From contig JBHLLO010000004.1 of assembly GCA_048885535.1 (NCBI GenBank), forward strand, positions 61,726-84,492: a stretch of DNA of 22,767 nt, written 5' to 3'. The position numbers were made by a program, and so were the translations under genes. This document shows positions 17,691 through 22,767 of the stretch, in pieces; the first letter of the stretch is position 1; the number at the start of each line of letters is the position of its first letter. Source of the stretch: Candidatus Hermodarchaeota archaeon. Lineage in GTDB: Archaea > Asgardarchaeota > Lokiarchaeia > Sigyniarchaeales > SOKP01. A model generated the notes under the pieces. The model did not search any database. It was not told the origin of the DNA and saw only the letters and a list, made by a program, of their open reading frames with translations.

Positions 17691-18572
17691 ATGACAGCTA
17701 TTCGAAAACCAGGAAAAATTAATGAAGATACTATTTTGATTGATGCAAATATGATGGGAATTCCTCGCATATTGAGTATTTATCTCATAGTAAGTGAAAA
17801 AATATGTTTAATAGATACAGGAACTCATATAGAAGCCCGAAAAACTCTTAGACAACTAAAAGGGTTGAATAAATTTCCCCCTGATATAATTATCTTAACT
17901 CATTCTCATTGGGATCATGTCCAAGGGTTGCCTTTTTTAAGCCAGAGAGCAAGAAAAGAAGGAAAAGAAATTCAAATTTTAGCACTAGATTCTGCAATTC
18001 CCAACCTAAGGGATCAATCCTTTAATGCCGTTTTTGAAACTGGCCCTTTTAATAATATTGAAGATGAAATTACTTCATTGAAAGAAGGAGATGTAATTGA
18101 TTTGGGAGGAATTAATTTAGAGATATTTAAGGCACCAGGACATATGGATGATGAGATTGCTATACTCGATCAAAAAAATAAAAATCTATTCGTGGGTGAC
18201 GTCCTTGGTATGAAGGTTTCAGATAATGTATTTGTTCCTCCATTTTTGCCTCCGCAATGGGATCCAACCGCTTATTTAAAAACAATCGATAAATTTAAAA
18301 GAATAGACTACGATACGTTATGTCTAGCTCATTTTGGGTACTTTTATGGGGATGAGGTTAAAGATATTTTAGACGAATCTATACAAAACTGTAATCAATT
18401 TTGGGAAAGCATTGAGGATAATATAGAACATATAGATGATGTTCCTTATTTAATTGAAAATGTTCTTGAAAAACTTATATCTAAATCTGACATTGAAAAC
18501 TTCCCTGAGAAATTAGTTCAAGGTGTTATTTATTGGCTTAGTCAAGGTTATAAAATCTATAAAAATTTATAA
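17691..18572 (+). CDS. MBL-fold metallo-hydrolase
   Basis: Motifs LIDTG, THSHWDH (HxHxDH), PGH, FVGD and LAH. Confidence 0.94.
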   Translation: MTAIRKPGKINEDTILIDANMMGIPRILSIYLIVSEKICLIDTGTHIEARKTLRQLKGLNKFPPDIIILTHSHWDHVQGLPFLSQRARKEGKEIQILALDSAIPNLRDQSFNAVFETGPFNNIEDEITSLKEGDVIDLGGINLEIFKAPGHMDDEIAILDQKNKNLFVGDVLGMKVSDNVFVPPFLPPQWDPTAYLKTIDKFKRIDYDTLCLAHFGYFYGDEVKDILDESIQNCNQFWESIEDNIEHIDDVPYLIENVLEKLISKSDIENFPEKLVQGVIYWLSQGYKIYKNL

Positions 18573-18688
18573 AAAACTCATCTTCTTTTTAGGATCTATA
18601 TTTTCTAAATATATATCTATGACAAATCTTTTTTTTCTTTTTTTAAATTTCTTAGATTTAAAAAAAAATTGAATAATTTTTAAATGTT

Positions 18689-19015
18689 TTAAATTTCGGG
18701 CATTTCAAGACCAACAAGCGGTAATGCTTCAGCACCCGACATAAAAACCTCGAAATCTACCTTATATCCTTCTATATCGAAATATTCGAGTATATTCTGG
18801 TAGAAGCGTTTCATATACTCTTTAAATTTGCCATCTTTAACTTCAGTCACAGAAATTGCCTTCATTCCCCTGCTTGTTGTTCTTACAGCTACAGGTAAAA
18901 TTGGTTTATCTATAGATCTATCTGTAGGGAATTTTTTTAGGACTTCAAGGTATTTTTTTCCTACTTCAGTTGATTTATCAGCTGGAAAGTAGGTGGTTGC
19001 TAATACAATAACCAT
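18689..19015 (-). CDS. Hypothetical protein (~108 aa, alpha/beta)
   Basis: GAGGTGA RBS at 19027-19021 places the start at ATG 19015; the ORF-track GTG at 19024 lies inside the RBS. Globular composition. Confidence 0.85.
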   Translation of the reverse strand: MVIVLATTYFPADKSTEVGKKYLEVLKKFPTDRSIDKPILPVAVRTTSRGMKAISVTEVKDGKFKEYMKRFYQNILEYFDIEGYKVDFEVFMSGAEALPLVGLEMPEI

Positions 19016-19281
19016 ATAATTCACCTCTATTTAAAATTTAGTTTTTTATAGTTAATTGGATTAATCAGTATTGTATGGTTATATCAAAATTAATAAAAAC
19101 TTTTCCAATTCTGTCAAACTATATAAAATTAAAATAAGAGAAATAGTAATCGATCAAGTGCCTTAATATTCAATCTATTAACTCTGTCAGGGCTTTAAAA
19201 GTAGTAATGGCTTATAAAAAAACCAATAAAATACATAAATTTTTTCTTAAAAAAGAAGATATTATTATAGAAAAAAGCTTC

Positions 19282-19509
19282 TTACATAACATTCTGAACT
19301 GCTTTTACTTCGGGTACAAATTGCTTCACAGCGCGTTCAATTCCTTGCGATAGAGTCATTTGAGAGTAAGGACAACCAGCACAATGTCCCATTAATCTAA
19401 CCTTTACGATTCCATCATCGGTAATTTCAACAATTTCGACGTCTCCACCATCAGCTTGTAACTGGGGTCTAATTTTTTCTATAACTTGCTTAACTTTTTC
19501 TTTATCCAT
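19282..19509 (-). CDS. NifU C-terminal domain (Nfu-type) Fe-S carrier protein
   Basis: IRPQLQADGGDVE...GHCAGCP.S.MTL..GIE; GAGG RBS. Confidence 0.96.
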   Translation of the reverse strand: MDKEKVKQVIEKIRPQLQADGGDVEIVEITDDGIVKVRLMGHCAGCPYSQMTLSQGIERAVKQFVPEVKAVQNVM

Positions 19510-19750
19510 AATTAATCCTCATATTTTTTGATTATTTCTTAATAATATAAATAAAAATTGCTATATAAAACATAGTATAATATTTTATGGAATATTTTTT
19601 ACCAAGAATTATCCTTGGGAATGAACCTTTATACTTAGCTAATAAATTAAAAATGGAAGTGTAATTATCCAAATTTGGTAATGAAATTTCTTATTTTATT
19701 ACTTAAAAGGCTTAAAAAAAAGAAAGGTAATCTATTTCTGTTGAGCAAGC

Positions 19751-19763
19751 AAAGCTTATAAAA
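19751..19763 (+). promoter_or_regulatory. Candidate BRE-TATA promoter for the flavoprotein operon
   Basis: AAAGCTTATAAAA about 90 bp upstream of ATG 19851 resembles an archaeal BRE/TATA element. Confidence 0.35.
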
Positions 19764-19850
19764 TATTGAAAATTAGAAGCTTTTAGTTATCAATAAATAA
19801 ATGAAAAATTAGAATCAGAAGTTGGATTTACTTCATAGGAGAGATTGTAG

Positions 19851-21146
19851 ATGAATGAATATGATGTTATTGTTGTAGGAGCAGGATGTGCTGGTCCAGC
19901 TGCTGCTAAAAAAGCAGCTGAATTAGGATTAAAAGTTTTACTCCTCGAGAAAGCACAAATCCCCGGGGAAAAAAATGTATCTGGAACTTGCTTAAATGGA
20001 GCTGCTTTAATCATTCCTGATTTGCATTATTTAGTAGAAGGTCCTGTTGAAAGAGTAATACGAGAAATGAGAACGTATCACATCAATGAAGATCGAACCA
20101 CTATTTTCCATGAAATTCCTTCGGAAGGGATTTTACTCCTTTCTATTCGGAGGGATCATTTCGATGCTTGGCATACTGAAAAGGCAAAGGAAGCAGGAGC
20201 GGAAGTAAAACTCTCAACAACTGTGGTTGATATAATTGAGGAAAATAGCTATGTAAAAGGAGTTATAACTGATAGAGGAGAAAAATTATATTCTAAAGTT
20301 GTGATCGATGCAGGAGGAGTAAATTCTGTTGTAGGAAGGAAAGCAGGTTTGATTCCCAAAAGAAAAGGCAAAAACATGATACTATATGTTACTGTATGTG
20401 TTCATTTAGGTAAAGAAGTTGTTGATGAGCGAATTGGAGAGTGTATTGAGTATTATTTATCACCAGGAATTCAATATAAAACATGGCCCTGGATTTTTCC
20501 TAAAAAGGATACGGTAACTCTTGGAACTGGTGGATACATGGATGAACATTTGATAAATGATGACTTTCCAAATGTAAATAAATATATGGAAAATTTTCTC
20601 AATTTACCTGTGGTAAAGAGAAAATTAGAAGGCGGGAAAATAGTCGCTTGGGGATGCCATTTAGAGTATGACGAAGCCATAGAAAAAAGAGTGAAGAATG
20701 GATTAATTTTAACAGGAGAAGCTGGAGGTTTTGTCGTTCCTTTCTTAGGCGAAGGAATGCCTGAGGCTTTTTTTACTGGAATTTATGCAGCTCAATCAGT
20801 AGCAAATGCAATTAAAGCCAATGATTTTTCAGAAGCTAAGTTATCTGAAACATACCAAGAATTGATTGCTAGTAATTTCTTTATGCAAGCTTTTCGCCAT
20901 ATTGGTGCTGTAAATAAAGAAACTGCTTTAAGTAAAACTGATGAAGAGATTACAAAAATGATGCAGAATGTAATTATGGGGGGGGGATTTATTTCAAATG
21001 CTATCCATACTAAATGGATGAAGGGAGTTGAGGATCAGGATATGGACCTTTTGCAAGAAGCATATGATTTATTAGAGCTTATACAACCTTATGCAAATGT
21101 AGATCCAGATTTTGAAAATTTATATAATGAGAGGGGAAGACAATGA
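19851..21146 (+). CDS. FAD-dependent oxidoreductase, FixC / geranylgeranyl-reductase superfamily
   Basis: YDVIVVGAGCAG; FixC-like LEK..IPGEKNVSG; R..FDAW; DAGG.NS; GGR-like WIFPK; GEAGG...PF.GEG; AGGAG RBS. Confidence 0.92.
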   Translation: MNEYDVIVVGAGCAGPAAAKKAAELGLKVLLLEKAQIPGEKNVSGTCLNGAALIIPDLHYLVEGPVERVIREMRTYHINEDRTTIFHEIPSEGILLLSIRRDHFDAWHTEKAKEAGAEVKLSTTVVDIIEENSYVKGVITDRGEKLYSKVVIDAGGVNSVVGRKAGLIPKRKGKNMILYVTVCVHLGKEVVDERIGECIEYYLSPGIQYKTWPWIFPKKDTVTLGTGGYMDEHLINDDFPNVNKYMENFLNLPVVKRKLEGGKIVAWGCHLEYDEAIEKRVKNGLILTGEAGGFVVPFLGEGMPEAFFTGIYAAQSVANAIKANDFSEAKLSETYQELIASNFFMQAFRHIGAVNKETALSKTDEEITKMMQNVIMGGGFISNAIHTKWMKGVEDQDMDLLQEAYDLLELIQPYANVDPDFENLYNERGRQ

Positions 21147-21403
21147 AGGTAGAAATGAAAGTTGATTATTATCCGGGAGATTCGGGAGATTTCATAAAGG
21201 TTGATGAAGAAAGGTGTACTGGGTGTGGTGAATGTGCTAAATTTTGTACAAGAGATGTTTGGGAACCAGATGGTGTAATATATCGCCCTGTAAATTTAAA
21301 GCAATGCGTTGAATGTGGGGCGTGTTGGAATGTGTGTGATGCTGATGCCGTTATATTCGAAGAACCTAAAGGAGGAACTGGAGTTCGCTTCAGTTATGGA
21401 TAA
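21143..21403 (+). CDS. 2[4Fe-4S] ferredoxin, FixX-like
   Basis: CTGCGECAKFC and CVECGACWNVC; FixX-type C-terminus PKGGTGVRFSYG; ATGA overlap with the upstream gene. Confidence 0.93.
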   Translation: MKVEMKVDYYPGDSGDFIKVDEERCTGCGECAKFCTRDVWEPDGVIYRPVNLKQCVECGACWNVCDADAVIFEEPKGGTGVRFSYG

Positions 21404-21420
21404 TTTATTAGGTGATTGAA

Positions 21421-21771
21421 ATGGTAGATAAAGATGAATTGATGAAAACTTTAGACGATCAGCGAAAAAAGTATACCCATAAGGATGTTGCTAGACATTT
21501 CAAGGGCTGGAATAAAACACTTCAATACTATTTTACTGATATCGATGAATATTATGTTATTGAATTGGTTGATGGAAATCCTAAACCAGTTGTTAAAGAA
21601 AAATTAGAGAATCCTGATATTATGTATTCTATGAGCACAGAGACTTTCTTAGCTCTTAATAGAGGAGAAATAACAGGATTCAAAGCATATCAACGTGGAA
21701 AATTAAAGATTAAGGCGACTATGGGAGAAATATTAAAATTACAAAAACTCGATAAATTACAAATAGATTAA
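21421..21771 (+). CDS. SCP2 sterol/lipid-binding domain protein
   Basis: PDIMYSMSTETFLALNRGEITGFKAYQRGKLKIKA fits the SCP2 pattern (PD....S...F..L..G......A...GKLKI). AGGTGA RBS at 21410-21415 favours ATG 21421 over GTG 21412. Confidence 0.88.
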   Translation: MVDKDELMKTLDDQRKKYTHKDVARHFKGWNKTLQYYFTDIDEYYVIELVDGNPKPVVKEKLENPDIMYSMSTETFLALNRGEITGFKAYQRGKLKIKATMGEILKLQKLDKLQID

Positions 21772-21833
21772 TCTTAACACTTACTATTTAATCGAACTAA
21801 ATTTCAACACATATTCAAAATAATAGATTAATC
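21762..21833. repeat. 12-bp direct repeat AATAGATTAATC, two copies exactly 60 bp apart
   Basis: Copies at 21762-21773 and 21822-21833; each contains the palindrome GATTAATC. Confidence 0.6.
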
Positions 21834-21949
21834 CCTTTTTAGATTTCAAGGTTTAATCCTTATAAATTAAATATAAAAGATTAATTAAGCAATATAGATT
21901 TAGTCTTATTATCTTATTTTAAAGTTTTAACAACAATTCGAGTGAGAAC

Positions 21950-22327
21950 ATGAAGGTTAAAAAGTTTACAGATGAACTTAATAAAGTTCAAGAATTAATG
22001 TCCCAAGAAAAGTATGCGGAAGCCATAACCTTGCTTGAAGGTCTAAAAAAAATTGAAAAACAAGGAAATTTTAACTATAGTTTAACCCATAAATTATATC
22101 AATTGGATTCTAACGCCCAATCATTATTTAATCAACAAAAGATTCTGAGTTTAATTTTTGAGCTCTCTCAACAAAATAAATCAATAGATTTTACAGAACT
22201 TAGAATAAAATTGAAGGAAAAAGAACAAATCGAACTTGATGAGCCCAATTTAAGAAGAGAAATAGAAATTCTTATTCTCAGGGAACTATTGCCTTGTAAA
22301 ATCGACGAAGATAAAATAGTCTTCTAA
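21950..22327 (+). CDS. Hypothetical protein: N-terminal TPR-like helices plus C-terminal PCI/winged-helix-like domain
   Basis: KYAEAITLL helical hairpin; the C-terminal SIDFTEL...LRREIEILI..ELLPCKID..KIVF resembles the PCI consensus (SISF.EL...VE..I..MI..G.I.AKID....V.F). The ORF is solid; the domain call is tentative. Confidence 0.75.
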   Translation: MKVKKFTDELNKVQELMSQEKYAEAITLLEGLKKIEKQGNFNYSLTHKLYQLDSNAQSLFNQQKILSLIFELSQQNKSIDFTELRIKLKEKEQIELDEPNLRREIEILILRELLPCKIDEDKIVF

Positions 22328-22405
22328 GAATTTAATAATGGATAAATTATCGGATTTTATAAATTTAAATTTAGATTCAATATAAAACTAAGTTATCATA
22401 TTAAA

Positions 22406-22767
22406 ATGATAATAAATTCTCTTGAACGTTCAATACAACTAAAAGTCTGTTATTATGGACCAGCTATGTCGGGGAAGACAACTACACTTAAATCGCTATT
22501 CAATCATTTCGGGAGAAAAAATCTGGTTCAAAGCATCGAAACATCACATGACCGCACTAAGAGACGCACCCTATTTTTCGATTATGGTACAATAAGCTTC
22601 CAGAATCAAGAATGGGTACTAAAGATCCATCTGTATTCAACTACCGGCCAGGATTTCTATATTGTTACCCGCCCAATTACATTACAAGGTATGGATGGTT
22701 TCATATTTGTAGCAGATTCTCAAAGAGACGTATATGATCGAAATGTAATGTCTTGGAATGAGCTATC
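22406..22767 (+). CDS. MglA-type Ras-superfamily small GTPase (partial; runs off the window end)
   Basis: Absent from the ORF track; translated by hand as MIINSLERSIQLKVCYYGPAMSGKTTTL...RRTLFFDYG...HLYSTTGQDFY...TR...LQGMDGFIFVADSQ. It parallels Myxococcus MglA (KIVYYGPGLCGKTT, DRTLFFDF, HLYTVPGQVFY, KGVDGVVFVADSQ). Confidence 0.93.
   Translation, partial: MIINSLERSIQLKVCYYGPAMSGKTTTLKSLFNHFGRKNLVQSIETSHDRTKRRTLFFDYGTISFQNQEWVLKIHLYSTTGQDFYIVTRPITLQGMDGFIFVADSQRDVYDRNVMSWNEL

Noticed and set aside
19790-20680. ORFs 19790..20014 and 20471..20680 (-)
   Set aside because: Antisense shadows of the flavoprotein gene.
1823-21146. Possible selenocysteine readthrough at TGA stops (dnaK, pirin, mutase, flavoprotein)
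   Set aside because: Each TGA falls at the expected family C-terminus, none aligns to a catalytic Cys, and I recognised no SECIS-like hairpin.
1-22767. CRISPR arrays, tRNA/rRNA genes, IS elements, integrases
   Set aside because: None seen by eye: no regularly spaced repeats, no GC-rich structured islands and no transposase or recombinase ORFs.

Overview
AT-rich, gene-dense archaeal chromosomal segment, most likely from an Asgard (Lokiarchaeia-like) archaeon. This taxonomic call is an inference from the archaeal uL16/L10e, GGTGA-type ribosome-binding sites, archaeal-type DnaK, an MglA-like small GTPase and PCI-like and SCP2 proteins. From left to right: a rearranged chaperone locus (partial dnaJ, two small membrane ORFs, dnaK, divergent grpE); pirin; an MDR oxidoreductase; a small Zn-ribbon protein; a GNAT; a three-gene B12-dependent acyl-CoA mutase operon (large subunit, B12-binding subunit, MeaB GTPase) with isobutyryl-CoA-mutase-type active-site residues; an HTH-methyltransferase fusion; an orphan MSMEG_0568/NitD-type radical SAM; rpl10e with a C-terminal extension; an ACD-alpha-like protein lacking its phosphohistidine loop; a 2-TM Cys-motif hypothetical; an SMP-30 lactonase; an MBL hydrolase; a hypothetical; Nfu; a FixC/GGR-like flavoprotein, FixX-like ferredoxin and SCP2 operon; a mini PCI-like protein; and a partial MglA-type GTPase. 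I saw no RNA genes, CRISPR arrays or mobile elements. The best candidates for an undescribed system are the flavoprotein-ferredoxin-SCP2 lipid module, the PCI-like/MglA pair and the ICM-type mutase with an altered pocket. All family assignments come from motif recognition by eye, not from database searches.
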